From contig OZ242260.1 in assembly GCA_965207065.1 (NCBI GenBank), forward strand, positions 288,001 through 352,000: a stretch of 64,000 nt of DNA, written 5' to 3'. The position numbers and the translations under genes were made by a program. Of this stretch, positions 38,431 through 48,562 are shown piece after piece; within the stretch, counting starts at the first letter, position 1; every line of letters starts with the position of its first letter. The notes beneath the pieces are model-generated. The model did not search any database, was not told the origin of the DNA, and saw nothing but the letters and a program-made list of their open reading frames with translations. The stretch comes from a bacterium. GTDB lineage: Bacteria; UBA8248.

Positions 38431-38526
38431 TTTGTGAAGTAATGAATATCACATAAGCGGGAAACTGCTGGTTCGCTCGATAGAACCTTAGTCGAATTAC
38501 GGGGTGGTGCTTACGGAGAGGGGGTG

Positions 38527-38598
38527 ATGCGGGAGAGGGAAGCCCTGTTGCAGACGACGAAGCACGGATACAGAAGCATTGGACAACCAGGACATTAA
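38527..38598 (+). CDS. Putative leader peptide MREREALLQTTKHGYRSIGQPGH
   Basis: SD-like GGAGAGGGGGTG; synonymous differences relative to the copy at 35406-35462. Confidence 0.5.
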   Translation: MREREALLQTTKHGYRSIGQPGH

Positions 38599-38652
38599 AT
38601 CGAAGGAATACGGCAACATTTTTTTGTGAAACCTCAATGAGGAGAAATACAC

Positions 38653-39936
38653 ATGAAGAAACTTCTGTTAGCACTATTCGCGATTGCGCTCGTCGTGGCG
38701 TTTACCGCGCCCTCGTATGCGGCCGACTTCAAAATGAAAGGTTTCTACCGTGTTCGCGCTTTCAGTGGCAGCCTCAATCAGGCCGATAATGATAACGATG
38801 ACGGATCCGCCAGTGGTATCGACTCGCTGATAAGGCCGAACTTCTTGACGAGTGTCGATGGCGGCAAAATCAAGGCCAGATGGGAAATCGACTGGTATGA
38901 AAACGATAACTCCGCGAACGCGAATGCGGTCTGGGGACAAAACGGCGGCAGCCGCATCGGCGTGGGAACGAACCGCTGGCATATCGATTTCGCGATTCCG
39001 GGCAGTGCGCTCCGCATGCGCTTGGGCCGCGAGGACTACACCTCCCCGGACAAGGAAATTTTCGACTCCGCTGGGGCCAATCGTAAGCCTGGCATCGGGG
39101 TCTATGGCAAGCTCAGCAAGAACATGTCGCTCAGCATGTTCATGGTTCGGGCTGGGGCGAGCGGCTCAAACCGCACAGTCGAGACTGAGGATAAAAACAA
39201 AGACAGCTACTTCGCGGCTTTGGGCATCAAGGTTTCCCCGACGACCACTCTTACTCCTTGGGTGGCCCTGCACCGCGACGGCGAGCATAAATCCCTCACG
39301 TACGCTGCCCTGCACGCCAAGGCGAAAGTCGGCATCTTCAGCGTGAACGCCACCGGCGTTACGGTGGGTGGTGATTATTCAGATACAATGGATGCTTCCG
39401 GCTGGGCGTTTCTGTTGAGAAACACAGCCAGCCTGGGCAAATTGAAGCTCATGGCCAACCTGACGATGCTCTCGGGCGATGACAACGAAACTGACAAAGA
39501 AGTAGGCGAGTTCAGTCTATTGTTTCCCAACGCGGGCGATATCGTCAGTGGTGTTCTCATTTCGGGCCGCGGCAACATCATGCTCATTGACGCGAATGAA
39601 CGCATCAGGGGGAACACAAGCAATGGGAAGCTGACGAAGAACAAAGGAAAAATGGGGTTGACAAACGGCGCGGTCATCGGCGAACTCGGACTTAAGTATC
39701 AGGTCAGCAAGACCTTGAATCTGGGCGCCGGGATATACATCTACCAGTCTGCGGAAGATGACAGTGAAGGCGACAGTGACTTCGGCACCGAGTTCGACTT
39801 CGGCATGCAATGGAAGATTTATTCCAATCTGGCGCTTCGCGCGGGATTCGCGTACTTGGCGGCCGGCGACTACGGCACGAACAACGACAAGGAAGACTCC
39901 TGGATGACCGCAGTTTCTCTGCGCCACATCTTCTAG
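38653..39936 (+). CDS. Outer-membrane porin-like beta-barrel (porin B), paralog of porin A
   Basis: Near-identical signal peptide; shared blocks GFYRVR, PGSALR, SPDKEI, YGKLSKN, LTMLSG; terminal LRHIF. Confidence 0.8.
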   Translation: MKKLLLALFAIALVVAFTAPSYAADFKMKGFYRVRAFSGSLNQADNDNDDGSASGIDSLIRPNFLTSVDGGKIKARWEIDWYENDNSANANAVWGQNGGSRIGVGTNRWHIDFAIPGSALRMRLGREDYTSPDKEIFDSAGANRKPGIGVYGKLSKNMSLSMFMVRAGASGSNRTVETEDKNKDSYFAALGIKVSPTTTLTPWVALHRDGEHKSLTYAALHAKAKVGIFSVNATGVTVGGDYSDTMDASGWAFLLRNTASLGKLKLMANLTMLSGDDNETDKEVGEFSLLFPNAGDIVSGVLISGRGNIMLIDANERIRGNTSNGKLTKNKGKMGLTNGAVIGELGLKYQVSKTLNLGAGIYIYQSAEDDSEGDSDFGTEFDFGMQWKIYSNLALRAGFAYLAAGDYGTNNDKEDSWMTAVSLRHIF

Positions 39937-39951
39937 GAGCTTGATTGACTT

Positions 39952-40009
39952 CGCGTCCTCACCTGACGCGACCATAACCGGGGGGCTTCGGCCCCCCGGT
40001 TTTTTTTTT
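39952..40009 (+). terminator. Intrinsic terminator of porin B
   Basis: Same hairpin as porin A (cUUCGg loop) followed by a long T run. Confidence 0.9.
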
Positions 40010-40199
40010 GTGTGTGGACAACTGTCATAATCGAGTACAAGAGCAGAAAATTCTCCGTCTCTCGCTCCTGTGCCGCTTATGCCTTTTCTTATTCGTGCCT
40101 GTCTGTCGCTGGATCACCATGTACCGTTTTCGGTACGCGCGGGGCATGGGGACGCCGCCATTATTGAGTCGTCGGTTATCCCGACAAAAAACCGGCCGC

Positions 40200-40930
40200 G
40201 ACGCCCTCCATTGGCGCCGGCGATGTCTCCACGGCAGACGCCAGAACCTGATCGCTGGCTTCCGCGTCACGACGCAGATGGCCTTTTGTGCGATTCCCGC
40301 AATCTGGCGAGATGGCGGTTGAAGAGTGCTTTCGTCTCCCTCGTTCCACCAGTTCCATTGCCAGACGCCTTCAATCAGGATGGAACGCAGGCGCTTCTGT
40401 CCGACAGGCCGGAGCTGGGCGCGGACCAAGCTGTCGCCGCTATGGCGGACGACGGGCGAAAGGCTCAGACAGGAGGCCACCTTCTTGACGCGGTTGAAGC
40501 GCTCCGGCGCAAATATCTCGGCCAAGAACCTCGCCGACCCCGCCAGGTTGCATCAAGCATTCGTAACGGTCCGGATGCAGACGCTTCGTCTCTCGCCTGA
40601 CCTCACGTTTCAAGAACCGATGTTCTTCCTGGCAATACTCGCGGATCATTGATATTCAGGGCATCGTTCATGCTTAGGCGCCAGGGGTAGCGCCTCAAGA
40701 TCGTCCCCTACGGTACTTACCCATTGCCTCGTGCCCAGCGGCTCCTCGATGCCCGATGTCGGCAGAAATTCCTTTATCTTCTGCTTGATCCCTGGTCCCG
40801 GCCTAGGACATCCGCTTGCAACGCCGTACAAGTGCTCGATTACCTTCTTCATTGAGAGAGGAAACAGCTACGGACTCCCGGCGAAGCAAATGGCCGGTTG
40901 CTCCGCGTCGATTCGGTCGTTTCAACCTGC
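40200..40930 (-). pseudogene. Heavily frameshifted IS110-family transposase remnant
   Basis: Fragments NDRIDAEQ, PGGVG, AEIFAPERF..LSPVVRHSG..GQKRLRSILIEGVW, KAICVVTRK. Confidence 0.7.
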
Positions 40931-41712
40931 CGCCGCGGTAGGAGCTTCATACCTGAGACATATAAAAAATCGACAGGGAAACCAGACGGCGGCTGGGCCT
41001 TTGTGCCGGGATTACTTGCTGGATGAGTCACCACTGGATGATGCGCGAAATCGTGGAGACCGTCCCGAAACCGCCGCGATTCGGGAGGACGACGCCGGGC
41101 TCTCGACATCTCCCGGCAGCGCCGGATTCGCTCGAAATGAAGGCCGTTCTCCTTAGGAGCCGTGAAGCTGAACCGGCGCTCGCAGAACTTTCATTCCCTG
41201 CGAATAACTCGGGACGGGGCGCAAGATCGGGCGAGCGCGTTGCCACGACCAGGACGGCGAAGGACCGGCAAGTCCACACGGGCTATGTAATATTATTCAG
41301 ACTTGCCGTTACGGGCAGACGATGAAAACCAGCGATCGAGCCGTCGATACGTTCAAACAGTTCTGAGGGAAGACAGCCTGGACAGATTCCAGGGAGGGAA
41401 CGCCCGCTCGACATTTCCGGGAGCGAACGTCTCGAGCAAACCTGCGCGCATGGTCAGTGATTTCTGATTACATGATTGATTTTACGATATCCACGCCTGG
41501 AGACGGGTATGTTACACGGCGCCTTCCGGGATTTCGAGAGATAATCCGGGCGCAACCTGGGAGATTCAGGAAAAACTGAAGCGAACTTCTTTCCCCATTC
41601 GGCTGATTGAGGCACGAGAAAAAATTCTTCCTTCCAGGCTTCCCGAACCCCGCAAATTCGTCTCACACCCCGGATAACCGGACGAAGCCTCAAACCTTTA
41701 AAGCAGGGAATT

Positions 41713-43656
41713 CTATTCCCCGATCCTATAGAAAAATATCTGGCTCCTCACTCCGGCGAACGGGCCCGAACTCGCCGTCGCCACCACCAGATCGTCGGAA
41801 CCGTCGTTGTCCGCGTCGCCGAATGCGAAATCCACGACCCCGCTGTTCAACTTCCTGGTGCGCCAGGTTTCACTTAACCCGCCACCCTCCCAGAGCAGAC
41901 TCGCTATTTGTCCCCCGGAAACGCCTAACCCTGGCGCAATGGCAGTACTGTATTCGTTGCGAATCACCAGAACTTCATCCACACCGTCCCCCTCGACGTC
42001 TTCGATCATCACGCGCGAGCGTATTGGGAGGTCCGGCGTGTCCGCCTGTTCTTCGCTGCGCTCGGCACCGGCCTGGGAGAAGAACTTATGGACCGCCGCG
42101 CCGTATTTTTCAGAGCTTGAGTAGACCTCTGCGCCGCTCCTCGAGAACACCCGCAGCCTGTCGTCGTTGCCCACCTCAATGACCTCCTGCGCGCCATCCT
42201 TGTTGATGTCCCACAAGCCGAAACCCAGTATCGTCAAATCGGGCGGAAGCGGATAAGGAGCGGCGGACATGAGTTTCCCGCCCGACCAGCGATAGCTGCG
42301 GATGGGACCCTCGAAAGCCTCGTTGAGTCCCTCGCTCTGGCCCAGGAGCAGGTAGGTTTCCGAGTCAGGAAACTTCTCTCCCCTCTTTGGCCGCCGCACC
42401 CGTATCAGGCGATAAAAAGTCCTGTCGTTCCTGACGAGGGGCGTGAACTTACCATTTTTGAACTGCAGGATCATCGAGAACAACTCGTTCGAGCGGTAAG
42501 AGGCGAGGTAGAACTCGGGCGCACCGTCACCGTTCATGTCGGCGACGTCGATCCATCTGAAATCGTTCGCCGCTCCCCCTTCGAAACGCGCGATCTCGCG
42601 CAATCGATTCCCATCGAAGCGGTTGACTATGACCTGAGTCTGCGTGATGAGGACGATTTCGTTCTTCCCGTCTCCGTCCACGTCCGTGAGGGACAACCCG
42701 CGCAAAGCGACCTTGTCGAACGAGTAGCTCTTCATGCCGTCGGCCTTGCCGGGCGAGCCCTCTCGGGCAAACACGAAACTCTCGTTCGCAGGTCCCGCGC
42801 GTTCTCGGCCCCCGCGCCTCAGTTCCTGCACCCTGGGCGCAAGACCCTGATCGAAGGGCAACTCGTCCGCAATCGCCACAGCCTTGAAGAGTTCCTCCTT
42901 CGTGGTGAGGGATAAAAGGCGGGTGGAGAATATCTTCCTCCCCCGGATCTCGCGCAGTTCGTTCTGGAGCGCCATGTCGCCCCGCACCTGGTTCCGCAAG
43001 TGTATGGGGTTTTTGTTTTCAAGAATTTGATGAGAAGCGATGCCCGTCTCGAGGAGCCATACCTGCAGCCTGTCCATGTCGTAAACATCGAAGCGTCCGC
43101 TCCTCAGGAGTTGACGACTCAGCTCCCTCGTAAGCGTTTCCGTGCTGACGGCCTCTTTCGTTCGGTTGACGAAAGGAAGTATCGCCAGGCGGATTTTCGC
43201 GGCGGACATGCGCACCGTGTCCCTGACGCGCGGGGAGAGTCGTCCGCCAGGCGCCAGGCGGACCAGACGCGCGATGGAAAATTTCTCCCGCACCTCGACG
43301 ACTTCGATCTCGCCGATCTCCTCTTCCAGCTTGCCGAGTATGACGCCGCTCGCCGGGTGCCGGAACGGCGCGCCCTCGCGGTAGACACCCAGCTTGACGC
43401 CCTTGACCACCTCATCCTTCTCGCCGAGGCTCAGGTAGAGATCCGCCCCCTTGACGGCAACCACCGAGCCGCTCAGATTCGGAAACTTCCGGTTCAGCTT
43501 TTCGCTGATGAGGCCTAAGGCCTTGCGGTAATCGTTCTCCTGGGCGTGAGTCAAGCCGCCGGATCCACCGAGGAAGATTATAAAAAACAACAGGACGAGC
43601 GGCGCCTTCGCGACGATGCGAGAGAACATGAAAAACCTCATTATAGGGATACTCAC
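41713..43656 (-). CDS. Exported FG-GAP/VCBS-repeat protein (start may be 43641 or 43629)
   Basis: Signal-like N-term; DVDGDGKNEI, DMNGDGAPE, DINKDGAQE, DVEGDGVDE, DADNDGSDD repeats. Confidence 0.8.
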   Translation of the reverse strand: MSIPIMRFFMFSRIVAKAPLVLLFFIIFLGGSGGLTHAQENDYRKALGLISEKLNRKFPNLSGSVVAVKGADLYLSLGEKDEVVKGVKLGVYREGAPFRHPASGVILGKLEEEIGEIEVVEVREKFSIARLVRLAPGGRLSPRVRDTVRMSAAKIRLAILPFVNRTKEAVSTETLTRELSRQLLRSGRFDVYDMDRLQVWLLETGIASHQILENKNPIHLRNQVRGDMALQNELREIRGRKIFSTRLLSLTTKEELFKAVAIADELPFDQGLAPRVQELRRGGRERAGPANESFVFAREGSPGKADGMKSYSFDKVALRGLSLTDVDGDGKNEIVLITQTQVIVNRFDGNRLREIARFEGGAANDFRWIDVADMNGDGAPEFYLASYRSNELFSMILQFKNGKFTPLVRNDRTFYRLIRVRRPKRGEKFPDSETYLLLGQSEGLNEAFEGPIRSYRWSGGKLMSAAPYPLPPDLTILGFGLWDINKDGAQEVIEVGNDDRLRVFSRSGAEVYSSSEKYGAAVHKFFSQAGAERSEEQADTPDLPIRSRVMIEDVEGDGVDEVLVIRNEYSTAIAPGLGVSGGQIASLLWEGGGLSETWRTRKLNSGVVDFAFGDADNDGSDDLVVATASSGPFAGVRSQIFFYRIGE

Positions 43657-43984
43657 TTAAAGTGGAAACTCCGGCCGTGCATCCTCCACCCGGCAACGGA
43701 GCATGGCTCCCGTTTATCAATCAGCCGTCATATGAAATCGAAGACACAAAGCCCCGAATCATCAAAAAGAACTATACCGCATAATAAGCAGAAAACATAT
43801 CGATTCTCACCATGCGGAAAGCGATTTCGTCTAACGCAGGAGGTGTTTCGCCTCGAAGCCGGGCAAGTCCCGCCTCCCTTTGAACTTTTGGTGAAGAGGC
43901 AAGTCGAACCCGCAGGTCTATCTCGCGTGTTTTCGCGCTCCGGATACAAGGCCGGTGAAATTAAAGAACATCGGATTACAAACT

Positions 43985-44592
43985 GTCGAAGATGAGTCAT
44001 AGTCCTCGGACAACGATTTGGTGTGGTGACATTCAATGAAACCATCCCCTCGTTCACAATACATCGTTGAGAAGTCAAAATCGCACACCTCACACTGAAG
44101 TTTTCTGCTTCTTTGATGACAAGAGCCTTCTTACGTTTAACTAGTTTCGTGTCTCGCTCACGGTAACGATGCATCCTTGTGAGGAGTTGACCTTCCTCAC
44201 CCTCTTCTTCCCCATCGGACAGGACTTCTTTGGAAGGAATCGGATCTTCTGACGCAACTAAAGATCGAATGCTTTCTGTCACACTTGTGAGTTCTGAACG
44301 ATTTGAGATGTAAAGGTTTCCAGACGATCTCCTCGTCTTTGTTTCCTCGTTGGAGACCCTTTCCTTCGTAGTTTGGATCGAACCGACGAAAGTTCATCAG
44401 TTTCATATACACCCCGTTTGTGTTCCGAAATGTATCCGAGGGATTCCCCCTTAACTTTACTGCTAAAGAATTTAAGGAATCGCTGAGGTCCCTAATTTCA
44501 ACAGATTGATTGCCAGGAATAGAGGGGGTGTAACGGACATAAAAATCAAGGGCGAGGATGAGTTCGTCACGTGACCAAGGAGGATTCCTCAT
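43985..44592 (-). pseudogene. McrA-like HNH endonuclease, frameshifted and truncated
   Basis: RNPPWSRDELILAL, FRNTNGVYMKLMNF, HRYRERD, then CEVCDFDF..IECHH in another frame. Confidence 0.75.
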
Positions 44593-44696
44593 GATTAGCT
44601 CCATCGATTGGCTCAGTTCGAATGCTAGTGTGGGTAAACAATTGTATGTGTCTACGTGATTACCAGCTTTCCTTTTGGATTCATTTTAGCAATTTC

Positions 44697-45410
44697 CTAC
44701 TTCACAACATATGGATTCTTCCAACCCATTTCACAGGAAATCATGTCATGCCGCAGTTTTTCGTTCGTATCGACCGGATCGTCTTTGTCCCATTGTTTCA
44801 TCAGATCGATAAAATCATCACTTAACTTCAGATGATACTTCTCAAGCATATACAGCCAAACACGGGCAATATCTCCTCGGATAGATTCCATAGGTTCCGC
44901 TTTTGTATTGGATACCTCAAAGTCACACGCGCCGTATTTCCGTTCTTCTTTGGGGATTACACCATGAAGCTTGTCGATACGATCCCCATTAAGTTCGCCA
45001 ATAGCAGGGACAAGGTTAAACAAATCACCTTCGGCTTTCTTATACCCGTCAACTTTCCTGCATTCTTTACGCGTTAGGTCTTTGCAATTGAACCCTGACG
45101 CGATCCATTCAGCAGGAACGATATGTTCCCATTCAATTCGTAATGCCCTTGCGTTTGGTTTACCTTTCTTTGTTACAAGCCGCTTTGCTTTGTACCCACA
45201 GGCGAAACCAATCACCCAGAGGTTTCCCTTCCGTATCAATTTTTCTTCTTTCGTGGCTTTACGGTAAGGACATCTACAGTAGAAGCTGGATGGCCCTATC
45301 TCCCACCAAAGTTTTTGGGCGGTATTTTTAGCATGTTCAAAACTTGTTGGTGGTTCAGCAAATGCCGGCATGGCAACTAGGGCAATCATAATGAACGTCA
45401 AGAAATACAT
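44697..45410 (-). CDS. endA: Endonuclease I (EndA/Vvn family), secreted
   Basis: Signal peptide; FYCRC, RIEWEHIVPA, DLFNLVPAIGELNGDR, YGACDF, RGDIAR, NPYV. Confidence 0.88.
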   Translation of the reverse strand: MYFLTFIMIALVAMPAFAEPPTSFEHAKNTAQKLWWEIGPSSFYCRCPYRKATKEEKLIRKGNLWVIGFACGYKAKRLVTKKGKPNARALRIEWEHIVPAEWIASGFNCKDLTRKECRKVDGYKKAEGDLFNLVPAIGELNGDRIDKLHGVIPKEERKYGACDFEVSNTKAEPMESIRGDIARVWLYMLEKYHLKLSDDFIDLMKQWDKDDPVDTNEKLRHDMISCEMGWKNPYVVK

Positions 45411-45463
45411 TGTGTCTTCCTCCAATGATAGTCAGTGCCGCTTAGCCAAACTGGAATATATTT

Positions 45464-45580
45464 ATCCAAACCGGCGACGACGTGGGCGAGGTGACGGGCG
45501 CGTTCTTTGGAGCACAGCACGAAGGAATTGGCGGTGTTGTCGAGAGAGACGATATGTCCGCTGGATTCGGAGAACGCGGC
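45464..45580 (+). pseudogene. C-terminal fragment of a TbpB-like beta-barrel surface lipoprotein
   Basis: VTGAFFGAQHEGIGGVVERDDMSAGFG, with no start codon. Confidence 0.4.
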
Positions 45581-45692
45581 AGGAAATACAAGAATGCCGG
45601 AGTGGGGACGGCCAGATATAATGCCCGATTTGCAACTTTTTCACTCCAATAATCAAGCCTGGAGTATGTCGATTATTCCTGGTCCTTATCGT

Positions 45693-45875
45693 TCATGATC
45701 TCTCCCGGTTCATGAAACCGTCAAATGCTCCTTCGATTTTCGCTATACGCTCTATTACGTTGGACACCTCACCCCGAAGACCGGATATGTCCTGATGAAT
45801 CCACCTATATGCCGTTCCAGTTGCACCCAGAATAGTGATCAGGATTATGATAACACCAATCCATGTATCGGCCAT
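45693..45875 (-). CDS. Small TM plus coiled-coil protein (60 aa)
   Basis: AGGGGAG RBS; hydrophobic N-term followed by ISGLRGEVSNVIERIAKIEG. Confidence 0.6.
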   Translation of the reverse strand: MADTWIGVIIILITILGATGTAYRWIHQDISGLRGEVSNVIERIAKIEGAFDGFMNRERS

Positions 45876-46213
45876 TTCACAATCTCCCCTTGTCCGGTTC
45901 CATACTCCCGATTATGTCATTATTTATCAAGACCCTTTTCAATACTTGCGATATTTCTACTTATCGAGAAGGTGTTAAGAATTTCCCGTATCGGGATAAT
46001 CCTGGATGGTGTTTTTGAGGTTTATCCCATGCTTGTCAACTCAAAGTTAGAGGGCAGCACCAAAATCGAGTGCGGCTACACCCCCAATCCTTTAAGAGAT
46101 GTTTCTAGCCTCTTCATCTCCCTTATAGAAACAGAAAGAATGTCTCCGCCGCATGTTGTCCAGCCCACGCGATCGTAAAAACGTCGGCGCCATACCCGTC
46201 CGGATATTCGATC

Positions 46214-48500
46214 TCACGTTGTATCCGGGATACCGGGCCGCTCGACCGTGTAGCCGAGGCTCTCGTAACCCTTGACGCGCTTGCCGCCCATACGCCTGAG
46301 TGCCAGCACGGCGTCGTCGATATAGTCGTAGACCAGCACTTCGCGTTTTTCCGGATGAAGCCTGTGCAGGCGGCCGATGTACTGGGCCAGCGTCCCTTTC
46401 CACGACACGGGCATAGCCAGAAACAGCGTGTCGAGGCGGGCATCGTCGAATCCCTCTCCGATATAGCGGCCGGCCGCGACGAGTACCCGTTCCTCGCCGT
46501 CGGGAATATCTTCCAGGCGCTTCATGATCTCGCGGCGCCCTCTCGTCCCCATTCCGCCTCTGAGAAGCAGGACATTTCGCGCGAAGCGCCGGAGCCTCCC
46601 GGCAAGTTCGCCGGCGTGGTCCTTGCGCTCTGTGACAACGAGGGGGGAGCGTCGCGCCTCAAGCGCCGCCAGCAAGTCATCGATGATTAGTGCGTTGCGC
46701 TCTTCATCACCTGCCAGCGCGGAATATACCTCCTGGATCGGCGGGTGCTCGGCTTCGATGCCCGCCGGCAGGCGGAACCGCGTCGGACGCAGGATGGCCC
46801 AGTGCCGGAAAGGGTGGCGACGCGCCTCAGATTTGGCGCTCGCCCGGTAGCGGATGGGACCGCACTGCATGAAGACGACCGGGTGATGCCCGTCCTTGCG
46901 CGTGAGGGTCGCAGAGAGCCCGAGCACGTACTTGGCCCTGGCGCGTCGCGCCACCGCCTCGAAACTGACCGCCGAGAGGTGATGGCACTCATCAATCACG
47001 AGATGCCCGTAGTCGGCGACGAGGTCGGCCACCACGTTTTTGCGCTCCAGGCTCTGGAGCGTGGCGACGTCTATGACCCCGCCGCGCTTGCGTACGCCGC
47101 CCCCGATTCGGCCGGTGGCGGACACCGGAATATCCAGAAAAACCCCCATTCGCGCGATCCACTGCTCCATCAGCTGGCGGCGATGAACGAGGACGAGCGT
47201 GTTCACGCCGCGCTCAGCTATCATCGATGCCGCGACGACCGTCTTGCCGAACCCGGTCGCGGCGGCGAGCACGCCGGTCTCGTGCACGAGCAGGGAACCT
47301 GCGGCTTTCCGCTGCTCCCGGGTCAATTCTCCGGGAAACGCCGTCTCGACGGGGCGGCCGGGGTTTCGCTCATCACACAGCGTCAGGCCGACTCCGGGCT
47401 CTTCGAGCAATTGCCGCATCGCCTCGAGGCAGCCGCGCGGAAGCGCGACGTGACGGGAGAGAAGCTCCGCGCAGGCGACTATGTGGGGTATACCGAAAAT
47501 GGAGAGCCGCATCGCCTGCGCCCTGTAGAACCCGGAGTTCTGGAACGCCGCCAGGCGAACGAGCCGGTTGATAAGACCCGCCGGCAGTCCGGCGCACGGG
47601 ATGTAGAGCTGATCCGCCAGGACGGTTTTTATCCGCTCGGGCAGCGTGCCTGCGATCGGAAGCGCAGGCCTTCGCCGCGAGGGCGGCGCGCTCCAGGGCT
47701 CCTCATCCTCCTCATCCATCGGCAGGCGCAGACCGAGGACCCGGCCCTGGAAGCCTGCCGCCTCCACGATGGCCGCGGTCTCCTCAGGCGTCAGGCGGCG
47801 GAGCGAGGAGAAGAACGCCCATTGGTCCTTATGGCGCAAAATCATCATCAAGGAACACGCTGTTGCCGTGCTTGCGCGGACCGCCCTGTAAGGGCAGCGC
47901 GATGAGGTTCCCGAAACCCCCCTCGGGCAGGGTGTCCTGGCTGGGAAATAACCGGTCGTAGGAAGAAAACCCGATATCGGGGTTGTTCTCCATCGCTTCG
48001 GTCAGGAGATGTGAACCCAGCCTGCGGGCCAGTGGCGCGGGCACGGGTTCGGTGAAGAATATCCAGACGTGTCAGCCGTTTCCAGAACGCGAACGCTCGA
48101 GCGCCGCGGGCGCCCCCTTCGAGCAGCAGGCGGCCAGGAACGCGCCCGCATCGCTACGCCAGGTCGCTTTATCGAAATCGACGGCCAGAAACCTGCATTT
48201 ACTGTCCGCCAGCATGGGATGGACGCCCAGCGTCTCGCGGCCGCGCAGGTGAGAATCGGTCGCCTCATCGGTGACGAGGCGAAAAGCCTGGTTCGGGCAG
48301 GCGCCGCACCTCATCCTGGGCTTCTCGCACAGGCGCGGATTCCATTCATTCTCGCATACCGGCGCTTAGCCGGCTCTTCGGGTGCGGGCGTTCTCCCAGC
48401 GCCTGGGATAGACGTCGTCCCTGTCGCGAACCCGCGCGGCTTCTTCGGCCTTGCAGACTTCGGGGGTCAAAGGGGTTTCCCTCTATCTTGCCGCTCATAG
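46214..48500 (-). pseudogene. AEP primase (TOTE-like)-SF2 helicase fusion, disrupted
   Basis: FLAVDFD, ERSRSGNG*HVWIFF, DRLFPSQD..GNLIALPLQ, then ATGFGKT, DECHH, GLSAT, QYIGRLHR; stops and frameshifts in the 5' half. Confidence 0.8.
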
Positions 48501-48562
48501 CGGTTTGGGGCCGTGAGACCCGGGCGTGTACGTAACCACATGATTCCCTGCCATAACGGGCG

